Shown in pieces: positions 1-7,599 of a stretch of DNA of 26,375 bases (position 1 is the stretch's first letter; every line of letters starts with the position of its first letter). Made by a program: the position numbers and the translations under genes. This DNA comes from a virus (taxonomy: Duplodnaviria > Caudoviricetes): the IMG/VR virus record IMGVR_UViG_3300048063_000359, positions 1 through 26,375 of that record. One strand, 5' to 3'. The notes under the pieces were generated by a model. The model saw nothing but the letters and a program-made list of their open reading frames with translations. It was not told the origin of the DNA and did not search any database.

Positions 1-1471
1 ACGAAAGCATCGATTGAACGGCTTGTTTTACTGCAGCCCCTAAAGCGTCGACAAAATTTCTAAACGGCTCGACTTTGTTGTAAAGCAGTTGAAAAATTGC
101 AATCACTGCAATGGCTGCAAGCACCGCAAGACCAACCGGGCCAGTGATCGCCGCCCACATTCCGGTGGCCGTGATGCCCAGGGCGGCCATGGCGCCACTG
201 ACTGCCGCAATGATCGGAATCACGACGACAAAGCCCACGAAAGCAGCGGCCGCAATGCCTGCGACTGTGCCCAAGATCGGCATATCGGTGAGCAGCTGAC
301 CAATGGGGGCAAGCACTGCCGCGAGACCTTCGGCCACGGTTGCCAGTGGCCCGAGCAAAGGCGTGCCAAAAGCAATCGCCAGGCCCTCAGCAGCTGATGC
401 CAGGCGCTTCATCGAGCCTTCAAAACCAGCGTTTTGAATCTTGGCCATCTCACCAGCTGCGCCCTGGCTGTCGGTGACCTTGGCCACCATTGCGGCCAGC
501 TCGCCATTGGCGGCGGCCTCCTGCAAGATTGAGCCGGTTGCCACTGCTGTTTTCCCGAACAGCTGCTTTTGCAGCTCCATGCGTTCAGCCGTGCCCATGT
601 TGGCGCCGTCCATTGCCCGCTCAACATCGCCCAGGATGTCAGCCAGGGGGCGCATGTTTCCGGCGGCGTCTTTGTTTTGAATGTTGAGGCGCGCCATCGC
701 CTTGTTTGCGCTTTCATTTGCTCCGCTGAGGTTCAGCAAAACAGACCTAAGGCCCGTACCTGCGACGCTGGCCTGAACGCCTGAGTTGCCCAGCAACGCC
801 ATGGCGCCGCCCATGTCTTGAATACTGGCGCCCGCCTGGGCTGCGGTTGGCGCAACGTACTTAAACGCCTCGCCCATCATTTGAATGTTGGTGTTGCCGC
901 TCGATGCTGCTTTGGCCAGAACATCGGTCACCAGGGCGGTGTCTTCAATCTTGAGGCCCATGCCTCCCAAGATGTTCGATGCAATGTCTGCCGCTTCGCC
1001 GAGCTCCAGGCCCCCGGCTGCGGCCAGGTTCATCATCTGAGGCGTTGCGCTCAGAATTTGGTTTGTGTCATATCCAGCCATGGCCAGAAAGCCCATGGCG
1101 TCTGAGGCTTGCCGCGCTGAGAACTGGGTCGTTCTGCCGAGCTCTTTTGCTTTGGCTGTAAGTGATTTAAATTGCTCTTCATTCGCGCCGCTGATCGCTT
1201 TGACTTTCAGCATTCCGCTCTGAAAGTCTGCGGCTGTTCTAACAGCTTTGGTTAGGCCTGTTCCCAGGGCGGCGGCTCCAACCGCTGCGGCCTGAAAAGC
1301 ATCATTCCTAATGACGTTTTTGAAGCCCTTCGACGCGCCAGCGGCTGCATCGTTGACGCTTCTTTTTATATTCTGATTAAACGTCGAGAGCTGCTTTTGA
1401 GCGGTCTTGATCGACTTCTTAAAAGAGCCAAGAACCTCGGCGCCAATCTTGAGGCTAAGCTTTGCCGTCAT
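1..1471 (-). CDS. Tail tape measure protein, TP901-family core (partial, runs off left edge)
   Basis: Not in the ORF track because there is no stop in the window. Manual translation from ATG at 1471 gives MTAKLSLKIGAEVLGSF...KAISGANEEQFKSLTAKAKELGRTTQFSARQASDAMGFLAMAGY...GEAFKYVAP...GNSGVQASVAGTGLR, followed by hydrophobic Ala/Ile/Val stretches. It lies directly after the tail chaperone. Confidence 0.93.
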   Translation of the reverse strand, partial: MTAKLSLKIGAEVLGSFKKSIKTAQKQLSTFNQNIKRSVNDAAAGASKGFKNVIRNDAFQAAAVGAAALGTGLTKAVRTAADFQSGMLKVKAISGANEEQFKSLTAKAKELGRTTQFSARQASDAMGFLAMAGYDTNQILSATPQMMNLAAAGGLELGEAADIASNILGGMGLKIEDTALVTDVLAKAASSGNTNIQMMGEAFKYVAPTAAQAGASIQDMGGAMALLGNSGVQASVAGTGLRSVLLNLSGANESANKAMARLNIQNKDAAGNMRPLADILGDVERAMDGANMGTAERMELQKQLFGKTAVATGSILQEAAANGELAAMVAKVTDSQGAAGEMAKIQNAGFEGSMKRLASAAEGLAIAFGTPLLGPLATVAEGLAAVLAPIGQLLTDMPILGTVAGIAAAAFVGFVVVIPIIAAVSGAMAALGITATGMWAAITGPVGLAVLAAIAVIAIFQLLYNKVEPFRNFVDALGAAVKQAVQSMLS

Positions 1472-1474
1472 TGT

Positions 1475-1651
1475 CTAGCCCCTCCGTTTTGCTTGTTTGG
1501 CGATCTCTTCCTCGATGCCCTGGGCAGTCTTTACCCAGGATAAAAGGTCTTCGGTTGTCAGGTCGAGGATCTCATCCAACCCCCAGCCGGTGAGCTTCGA
1601 GAGGATGACGACCCCCCGCCTCAGGTCTCCGACTGGGGGGCTTGGAAATCC
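1475..1651 (-). CDS. GpE'-like C-terminal extension of the tail assembly chaperone, probably expressed by -1 frameshift
   Basis: The -1 frame encodes LSKLTGWGLDEILDLTTEDLLSW, resembling the W-x3-EI-x-L-x3-EL-x2-W pattern of P2 GpE-type extensions. It overlaps the chaperone end and stops 3 nt before the tape measure ATG. Confidence 0.72.
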   Translation of the reverse strand, partial: GFPSPPVGDLRRGVVILSKLTGWGLDEILDLTTEDLLSWVKTAQGIEEEIAKQAKRRG

Positions 1652-1896
1652 TGCAAGACTTCCGAGAGTTTCGTAAAGTCGACAGTGTCCAGGGCCTCGA
1701 TGGAAGACGGCGCAACCTCGCAAAGGTTTGCGAAGAATTTAACCGCCTTTTCCGTGTCGGTTCCTTTTGCTTTATCAATCACCATTTGATCACGAACGGT
1801 TGGCCGACGCATGGTGAGCGTTTCGACCAACACCCCATCAATCTCAATTGAATAATCAAGCTCGATGGTTTCAGTAGGGCGTGATTTTGAGGCCAT
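1621..1896 (-). CDS. Phage tail assembly chaperone (FluMu gp41 / P2 gpE-like)
   Basis: 91 aa with LTMRRPTVRD and FANLCEV...IEALDTVDF motifs, located between tube and tape measure. Confidence 0.88.
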   Translation of the reverse strand: MASKSRPTETIELDYSIEIDGVLVETLTMRRPTVRDQMVIDKAKGTDTEKAVKFFANLCEVAPSSIEALDTVDFTKLSEVLQDFQAPQSET

Positions 1897-1899
1897 CTA

Positions 1900-2406
1900 T
1901 TAGATCCCCATTGCAGTGCGTAGAGATTCGAGCTGATCGGTGCCGTTGATGATCCGCTTCATGTTCTCAACATCGATTTCGATAAGCGTTTCGCTGGCGA
2001 TTTCGAGCTTATAGCTGCGAACCGCCATTTCAAAACCGGCCTCCGTTACGGCGCCGGCTTCAAAAGCACCTGGGTCAAAATTCGTAATTGAACCGGTCAG
2101 GTTGCAAACGACAGCAACGGCGTCCGTGTCACCGTTGCGCTGCAAAGCACCGCGAGCGGTGAGCTGAACAGCGTTCTGGTCATAAAGACCAAACATTTTG
2201 AGCATGTCGGTGTCATATTCGGCAAGGGTAAAGCTGCAGGTCAACGCCTCCATACCCATGTCGATTGCGATCGGGGCGTCTAGCCCGCCTGCCCTGTATT
2301 CCTCGGTTTGAATCCCGAGGGCTGGCAGTGTCAGTTCAGTGACCTTGCCGGCAAAGCCGACACCGTCAAGGAACATCGAAAAATTTCTAAGAGTCCGTGG
2401 CAGCAT
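1900..2406 (-). CDS. Major tail tube protein (P2 FII family)
   Basis: 168 aa: LPRTLRNFSMFLDG, EEYRAGGLDAPIAIDMGME, IEIDVENMKRIINGTDQL. Follows the sheath gene; GAGGA RBS upstream. Confidence 0.95.
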   Translation of the reverse strand: MLPRTLRNFSMFLDGVGFAGKVTELTLPALGIQTEEYRAGGLDAPIAIDMGMEALTCSFTLAEYDTDMLKMFGLYDQNAVQLTARGALQRNGDTDAVAVVCNLTGSITNFDPGAFEAGAVTEAGFEMAVRSYKLEIASETLIEIDVENMKRIINGTDQLESLRTAMGI

Positions 2407-2419
2407 TGTTCAATCCTCC

Positions 2420-3709
2420 TCAGGGTGTGGTTGTGCCTGACCCAGACTGATCGGCTGTCGCCTGATTGTCGGGGTTGTTTTGGTCGCCGTCTTCGAGTGC
2501 CGAATTGTCGTCGGCCTCGCTGTCCGTCAGGATGTTTTGAATGAATCCGTTGGTCAGGATTGAACGGAACCGAACGCGCTCAGCTGGATAAGTCGGAGTG
2601 ATTTCAAAATCAATCGTGACCTGGCCATTGCCCACGTCGGTCGCAGTGTTGGCGTCTGGGTCAACATAAACCCGGCTGCCCAGGATTGCGCCGCGAGTTT
2701 CGAGGGTGCGAAGATACGCCGCCACGGACTCGCTCACGTCCTGCAGATAGGTGCGAGTAATGCACCGATCCACCGCCCAGAGATGCGCGCGCATCACGGA
2801 TTCATTCACCATGTCAATGATCCGACGGGTGCTGATGAACTGATATTGAGCATCAGAGGTGGTCGAGTGGTTGCCCCAGAGACGGAAGCCGTTCTCTCTG
2901 ACAATGGTGGCAACGTCGTTTTCGTTGAGGATGTTGGCCTCGGCGTTTTCATCGCCCAGGAAGAACCCGACAGCGCGGGAGGTCCCGACAATGCCCTGAA
3001 TGATCCGGTTGCTTGGTGAATACCAAAAGCCGCGCTCAGCGTCAGACTTAGCGATCACACCGGCCACGAAAGCCGAGGATGGCAAAGTGGTGGTCGAGTT
3101 GGTTTTTACCCAAGGATCAACCACATAAAGACGGTCGGACACGTGCAAGTCGGCGTAGGCCTGCGCGTCGGCTTGAGTTGTGTTGGGGCCGTCTGCAATC
3201 ACGATCGCCCGGAGACGATCGCCCACGCCGCCGGAGCCGCTAGCAATGGAGACCAATTGGGCCACGACTGTATTAGCCACCTCAGCCCCAGGGGTAAGGG
3301 TGCATTGGTGCGTGTAACCAGGAGCGCAAAGAATTTTGGGGCTTATGCCTAAAACTGATTCGGCTTTTAGGAACGCCCAGACGCCTGTTTTTGCTGTGCT
3401 GTCGCCTTCAAGGTTTAAGATAGTGGCCGCCTCATCAGCGCCAGCGTCAACGCGAACCACGATAACTGTGGCGCCGACCTGGGCAAAAATGCCCTCCATC
3501 GCATCCTTAAGGGTGCCGCCAGATCCAAGCTTTTCAGCTTTGGCGCGGCTGCCGGAAATGAGAACAGGCTCATTTAGGGGAAAGGCAGCGGCGTCAGCGT
3601 TTGGCGCTGTGCCAATCAGGCCAATGACGGCAGAGCGGACGGACTGTAGAGGTCTGACCCCTTGGGTCAGTTCTACCGTCTCCACCCCGTGAAGAAAGTT
3701 ACTGGGCAT
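2420..3709 (-). CDS. Contractile tail sheath protein (P2 FI family)
   Basis: 429 aa: FLHGVETVE, SAVIGLIGTAP, PKILCAPG, GFWYSPSN, GFRLWGN, GAILG, PTYPAERVRF. GGAGG RBS 9 nt upstream. Confidence 0.96.
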   Translation of the reverse strand: MPSNFLHGVETVELTQGVRPLQSVRSAVIGLIGTAPNADAAAFPLNEPVLISGSRAKAEKLGSGGTLKDAMEGIFAQVGATVIVVRVDAGADEAATILNLEGDSTAKTGVWAFLKAESVLGISPKILCAPGYTHQCTLTPGAEVANTVVAQLVSIASGSGGVGDRLRAIVIADGPNTTQADAQAYADLHVSDRLYVVDPWVKTNSTTTLPSSAFVAGVIAKSDAERGFWYSPSNRIIQGIVGTSRAVGFFLGDENAEANILNENDVATIVRENGFRLWGNHSTTSDAQYQFISTRRIIDMVNESVMRAHLWAVDRCITRTYLQDVSESVAAYLRTLETRGAILGSRVYVDPDANTATDVGNGQVTIDFEITPTYPAERVRFRSILTNGFIQNILTDSEADDNSALEDGDQNNPDNQATADQSGSGTTTP

Positions 3710-3772
3710 TTTTTAGGGCCTCCATGTTGGTTGAAAGATGGGCCACTCGACGGCCTCGGATGCGTCTCGTCT

Positions 3773-3778
3773 ATTGTA
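3773..3778 (-). promoter_or_regulatory. Putative -10 box (TACAAT) upstream of the sheath gene
   Basis: TACAAT lies in the 116-bp gap between the oxygenase and the sheath, about 65 nt before the sheath ATG. No canonical -35 at 17 bp. Confidence 0.3.
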
Positions 3779-3825
3779 AGCAGTGAAAGGGAAACAGGCG
3801 CCAAGGCGGCTCGCACGTTGACCCA

Positions 3826-4368
3826 TTAAACACCTCCCCAGAGAACTAAAGAGGTTCTCTCTCCTGCGTCGACCTTTCGGGCTCGATGCAAAAGCAAAGA
3901 AGGAAAAACAATGAGCCGGCCTAGCTTCCGTTCTGGCACTGGAGGGTTGAGAGTGTGAAATTCAAGTCCCCCGCCATCATACGAGCTTGGATCGCTTAGC
4001 TCCATCGACGCTGAAAAGAGCCGAACAGGCTGATCCTCTCCGGCAAAAGCGTCATAGTGCCAATCGAAATGGTCGCCCTCTTGGTAGTGCGTGAACTGAA
4101 TTGGTTCTATCTTTTGGAGCTGTACTCCACGAAAATAATCGTGGACGATTTGACCAAAAGTTTGAATGACTTTTTCGAGAACAGGGTCGAGCTCCGGGTT
4201 TTCTCCTTTTAACAGCCAGCCAATGCTCCCGGTTCGATAGTCGCCGGGGTTGTTGTTTTCAGTGTTAGCCCTTCGCATGTTTTGTTTGCCCTTGTCGACG
4301 ATCAATGAGCATTCGTCAGCAGTCAAAACAGCGTCAGCCCAAACATATTTAGGAAACATTTTCGGCAT
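3826..4368 (-). CDS. 2OG-Fe(II) oxygenase, PKHD/prolyl-4-hydroxylase-like
   Basis: QFTHY..GDHFDWHYD (HxD), YDGGGLEF, GRLIVFPSLLLH (distal His), ERTSLVLW (2OG-binding RxS). The start could be the second Met at 4359. Confidence 0.9.
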   Translation of the reverse strand: MPKMFPKYVWADAVLTADECSLIVDKGKQNMRRANTENNNPGDYRTGSIGWLLKGENPELDPVLEKVIQTFGQIVHDYFRGVQLQKIEPIQFTHYQEGDHFDWHYDAFAGEDQPVRLFSASMELSDPSSYDGGGLEFHTLNPPVPERKLGRLIVFPSLLLHRARKVDAGERTSLVLWGGV

Positions 4369-5068
4369 TCCTTTTTTGTAGGCCCACCGCTATGTCGCTG
4401 TGGTATTGCTCTTGCGCTGGAAAAATCAGATTAAAACTGACAATGATGCGGTCTTTCCCTGATTTGTTTTCAATCGTGTGATGAGGCAGCCAAGACGGAA
4501 ACAACAGAATATCGCCCGTCTTTGGTGCGTACTCATAAGAAGCCGGGGGGCCAGGGAATGGGCCGACATCACTTGCGGCGATCGTCATGCTCTTGGTTAT
4601 CCATGCCGGATCCTGAAAGCTAATCGCTCCACAATCCTCTTCCGCTTTGGCATAAAAAACACCAGAGACCCAGAAGCCGGAATGGATGTGTTGAGGGACA
4701 AAGCCACCTTGCGGGTAAATTGTCACCCAGGCGTTCCCCATTCTCATCCCTTCGAGCATGTCATGGCTATGCGTATCTGACAGCAGACCGCCCGAATAGT
4801 TCACAAGCTTGGTGAGGTTTTCATCCCAGTCGCTATTTGCGACGAGATTCTCTGAATAAAAAGAAGTTACCCCTTTTTTGTCTTGGCGCTTCTTGTCATT
4901 TGAAGTTTCGCCCTTAGCCCAAGAATCCGAGACCAGACCCTTTTCACCGGGCTGATCTCGGAATTTGTATGCAAGCTTTGCGGATGACTCGATTAGATCT
5001 GAGTCATCCACTGAGCCAACCCACAAAGGGGTTTGAAACAAGTCGCGCCTAAATTGGGCGGGGGGCAT
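4349..5068 (-). CDS. 2OG-Fe(II) oxygenase, TIGR02466-like (HxH type)
   Basis: NAWVTIYPQGGFVPQHIH..VSGVFY, FQDP, GDILLFPSWLPH, NKSGKDRIIVSFN. Confidence 0.9.
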   Translation of the reverse strand: MPPAQFRRDLFQTPLWVGSVDDSDLIESSAKLAYKFRDQPGEKGLVSDSWAKGETSNDKKRQDKKGVTSFYSENLVANSDWDENLTKLVNYSGGLLSDTHSHDMLEGMRMGNAWVTIYPQGGFVPQHIHSGFWVSGVFYAKAEEDCGAISFQDPAWITKSMTIAASDVGPFPGPPASYEYAPKTGDILLFPSWLPHHTIENKSGKDRIIVSFNLIFPAQEQYHSDIAVGLQKRNAENVS

Positions 5069-5333
5069 TTGGATCTCGATCTTTTGGCTCTGTCACACTA
5101 GGGTCATTTAGAGCCTCGCCCTCAACCTTGGCCCCATTCTCCTCAAGTTTTGTCACCCGTGGTGGGACGACAAGAGCCTTGAATTTTTTGGTTTTGGGGT
5201 CGTAGGTCGCGCGGGCTTCAGTGCCTTTGGGACACTCAACCCATTCAAAGTCGGCTGGGTAGCCAACGGGCTGGTGATCGAGGATTTCGACCACCTTGTT
5301 TTCGATTAGTCGTGCATACATTGTGATCACCAT
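5049..5333 (-). CDS. Small hypothetical protein, possibly fibre/adhesin assembly factor
   Basis: MYARLIENKVVEIL...WVECP. It overlaps both neighbours if the 5333 start is used; alternative ATG at 5321. Function is inferred only from position. Confidence 0.55.
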   Translation of the reverse strand: MVITMYARLIENKVVEILDHQPVGYPADFEWVECPKGTEARATYDPKTKKFKALVVPPRVTKLEENGAKVEGEALNDPSVTEPKDRDPNAPRPI

Positions 5334-6910
5334 TCAATAAGGACATAGCCAGGGCCGCCGCTGCCGGCGTAGCCGTGATAGCCGCCAGTGTAGTGGCCGC
5401 CTGCGCCGCCACCACCGCCGCCAATTCCGCCGTTGCCGCCGTAACCGTAAGCAGCACTGCCACCGCCGCCGCCAAGAGCTCCGCCATGGCCGCCGTTGCC
5501 GTTGAGGCGCCAGCCGTTCGTGCCGCAAGCACTATCGCGAGTTCTCCAAGCCATGTTGGCTGGATCCCAATCGCTATAAGTCCGGCAGTCCATGGTCCCT
5601 GAGTTCCATGAGGTCGTGATGCCCATGGCACCGCCACCGCCACCGCCAGATCCGCCGTCGCCGCCGGTACGGTTGACTTGGCCAAAGCCGTAGTTTGAAG
5701 CGATCTGCCCGCTACCACCGCCGCCCCAAAGGCGACCTAATACCCCATTAAAGGTTTTAGGTTTCAGGATAATGAACTCTTCGTTGAAGCCGGACGCATA
5801 TTTAGCCATGTTACGGTTTTGGGTTGCGGTGTAGTAACCGCCACCGGGGCCAGTCGCTTCGCCATCGCCGTAGCGTGCGCCTTTGTTGTTAAGCCAATGC
5901 ACTCCATTACCATCAGTTTCCCGAAAGTCAGGAACACCGCCTAGGCCAGAAACGCGCATGTGGCTGTCGCAGTAGTCGCCCATGAACGGCGACCCTGCGT
6001 GCCCCGCTCCACCTTCGCTGTAGCTGTCAAAGTAAGCGTACTGCGAAGGGGTGTAGCCCCAGCTTCCGCCAATGCCAGGGCCTGCGGATCCACCGCCAGA
6101 GCCACTTTTGTGCTCACCGACCCATTGGCCCTGTGAGCCGTCAGAGTAGCCACCATGGCCGCCAATACCAGCGCCACCGGCTGAGCCGTAGCTGTAACCG
6201 CCAGCAAAAGCTTGGCCGCCAACGTGGCCAGGCCCCATCATGCTGCCAGCGGATCCGCCACCGCCTGCGCCATAGCCCTCAGGGCCAAAGCCAAAAGAGC
6301 CCGCAGTTCCGTAGCCACCTTGGCCACCAGAGCTGGTGATGTTGGTGCTGTTGACCATATTGCTTCCGGTGACAGAAGCCGTTCCGCCGCCGTTGCTGCC
6401 AGAGTTGGCGTACCAGCCACCTTCACCGCCGGCTGCCACAACGTTGACATTATTGCCGCTTGTTGATGAGTCAATGATCGTCGTCGATCCGCCGTTGGCG
6501 CCATATCCAGAGGTTGCGAGATACCGTCCGCCGCCGCCAGCACCAACGTTGATCGTTAGGGTTTCGCCGGGCGTGACGGTGTACTCAGCAGAACCAAAAC
6601 CGCCACCGCCGCCAGCATCTCCGCCGTAATAAGTGGAGTTGTAGCGGCCACCGCCACCACCGCCGCCGACACAAGTCAGGCGAACTTTGGTGACCCCAGC
6701 CGGAACGGTCCAGGTCGTTTGCGAAGTGACTGCTCGGTTTGAGCTGACACCGTTTACAACCCGCGTTGATTGCGGAAGGGTGTAATCAATCGTGTTCGTA
6801 GTGTCGCCGTTGAACTGGCCATGATAAAAATCTTGCCAGTTCTTAAACTCACGCTGATCAATTAGATTCTCACCACCAGGGGAGAGAAGTTCCTTTAGGG
6901 AAATTGTCAT
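5327..6910 (-). CDS. Glycine-rich (polyglycine) tail-tip/adhesin-like protein
   Basis: 527 aa. TWTVPAGVTKVRLTCVGGGGGGG...YTVTPGETLTINVGAGG...GSGGPGYVLIEW is a typical glycine-rich domain frame. Many Gly runs are separated by aromatic loops; start overlaps the fibre stop (TAATG). Confidence 0.8.
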   Translation of the reverse strand: MTISLKELLSPGGENLIDQREFKNWQDFYHGQFNGDTTNTIDYTLPQSTRVVNGVSSNRAVTSQTTWTVPAGVTKVRLTCVGGGGGGGRYNSTYYGGDAGGGGGFGSAEYTVTPGETLTINVGAGGGGRYLATSGYGANGGSTTIIDSSTSGNNVNVVAAGGEGGWYANSGSNGGGTASVTGSNMVNSTNITSSGGQGGYGTAGSFGFGPEGYGAGGGGSAGSMMGPGHVGGQAFAGGYSYGSAGGAGIGGHGGYSDGSQGQWVGEHKSGSGGGSAGPGIGGSWGYTPSQYAYFDSYSEGGAGHAGSPFMGDYCDSHMRVSGLGGVPDFRETDGNGVHWLNNKGARYGDGEATGPGGGYYTATQNRNMAKYASGFNEEFIILKPKTFNGVLGRLWGGGGSGQIASNYGFGQVNRTGGDGGSGGGGGGAMGITTSWNSGTMDCRTYSDWDPANMAWRTRDSACGTNGWRLNGNGGHGGALGGGGGSAAYGYGGNGGIGGGGGGAGGHYTGGYHGYAGSGGPGYVLIEW

Positions 6911-7596
6911 TAGGAAATCCTCCAGCCAGCAGTTGCGCCAGCATAGACAAGTTGAAAGTTTGCGACGTTGTCGCTGTCAATGTCCAGGTTTGATGCCTGG
7001 CCTAGGATGTTTTCGCCGTTGCGATCCACTGTGACCTTGTTAGTCGAGAGATCGCCAGCGGCGTGGGCAAATGCCACATAATCGCCAAGAGATGGAGTCG
7101 CTGGCAAAGTGACAGTAAACGCGCCGCCGCTCACATCTAGCAGCAGGCCATCTTTCGATGCTGCTGTAACGTTTGCGGTGGTCACGGTCCAGCTCTGTGT
7201 CGCTGCATCAACGGCCTGCTCGACATAAAGCGCGGTGGCCGCTTGCAGCGTCCCGGCTGTCGGGTTGCTAGGGAGCGTCACCTGTCCGGTGAGCGTCCCA
7301 CCTGTTTTGTCCAGCTTGGTGTTCAAGCTGTTGGTCATTGTTGAAGCGAATGAACTGTCGTCGGCGAGGGCTTGCGCCAACTCGTCGAGCGTGTTCATGG
7401 CCTCAGGGGCAGACGCCACCAAAGCGGCGACAGCTGCGTTGACTTGAGTCGTCACGGCGGCCGCCGTTGGGCGGGCCTCCATGTCTGTGTCAATTGCGTT
7501 CAGCGCATCCCGCAACCTGACCACATCAGCGGCGAGCAAGTTACTTGGGTATGGGAGCGGATAATTCCTGTTTGTGGATCGTGTGTCAGTTGTCAT
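6910..7596 (-). CDS. Short tail fibre protein
   Basis: LVASAPEAMNTLDELAQALADDSSFASTMTNSL resembles the P2 gpH-type fibre trimer motif, followed by KLDKTGGTLTG. C-terminal DVSGGAFTVTLPATPSLGDYV...GWRIS beta domain. Confidence 0.78.
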   Translation of the reverse strand: MTTDTRSTNRNYPLPYPSNLLAADVVRLRDALNAIDTDMEARPTAAAVTTQVNAAVAALVASAPEAMNTLDELAQALADDSSFASTMTNSLNTKLDKTGGTLTGQVTLPSNPTAGTLQAATALYVEQAVDAATQSWTVTTANVTAASKDGLLLDVSGGAFTVTLPATPSLGDYVAFAHAAGDLSTNKVTVDRNGENILGQASNLDIDSDNVANFQLVYAGATAGWRIS

Positions 7597-7599
7597 GAG

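Noticed and set aside
1572-1778. 68-aa third-frame ORF over the tail chaperone
   Set aside because: No family motif. The other two frames already explain the region as chaperone plus GpE'-like extension.
5350-6670. CCG/CCA trinucleotide-like runs as DNA repeats or a CRISPR-like array
   Set aside because: They are glycine codons of the minus-strand gene, with no constant repeat-spacer structure.
5327-6910. Collagen-like Gly-X-Y repeat as substrate for the prolyl-hydroxylase-like enzyme
   Set aside because: The Gly runs are GGxGG/poly-Gly with few prolines, not sustained Gly-X-Y triplets, so a collagen model is unsupported.
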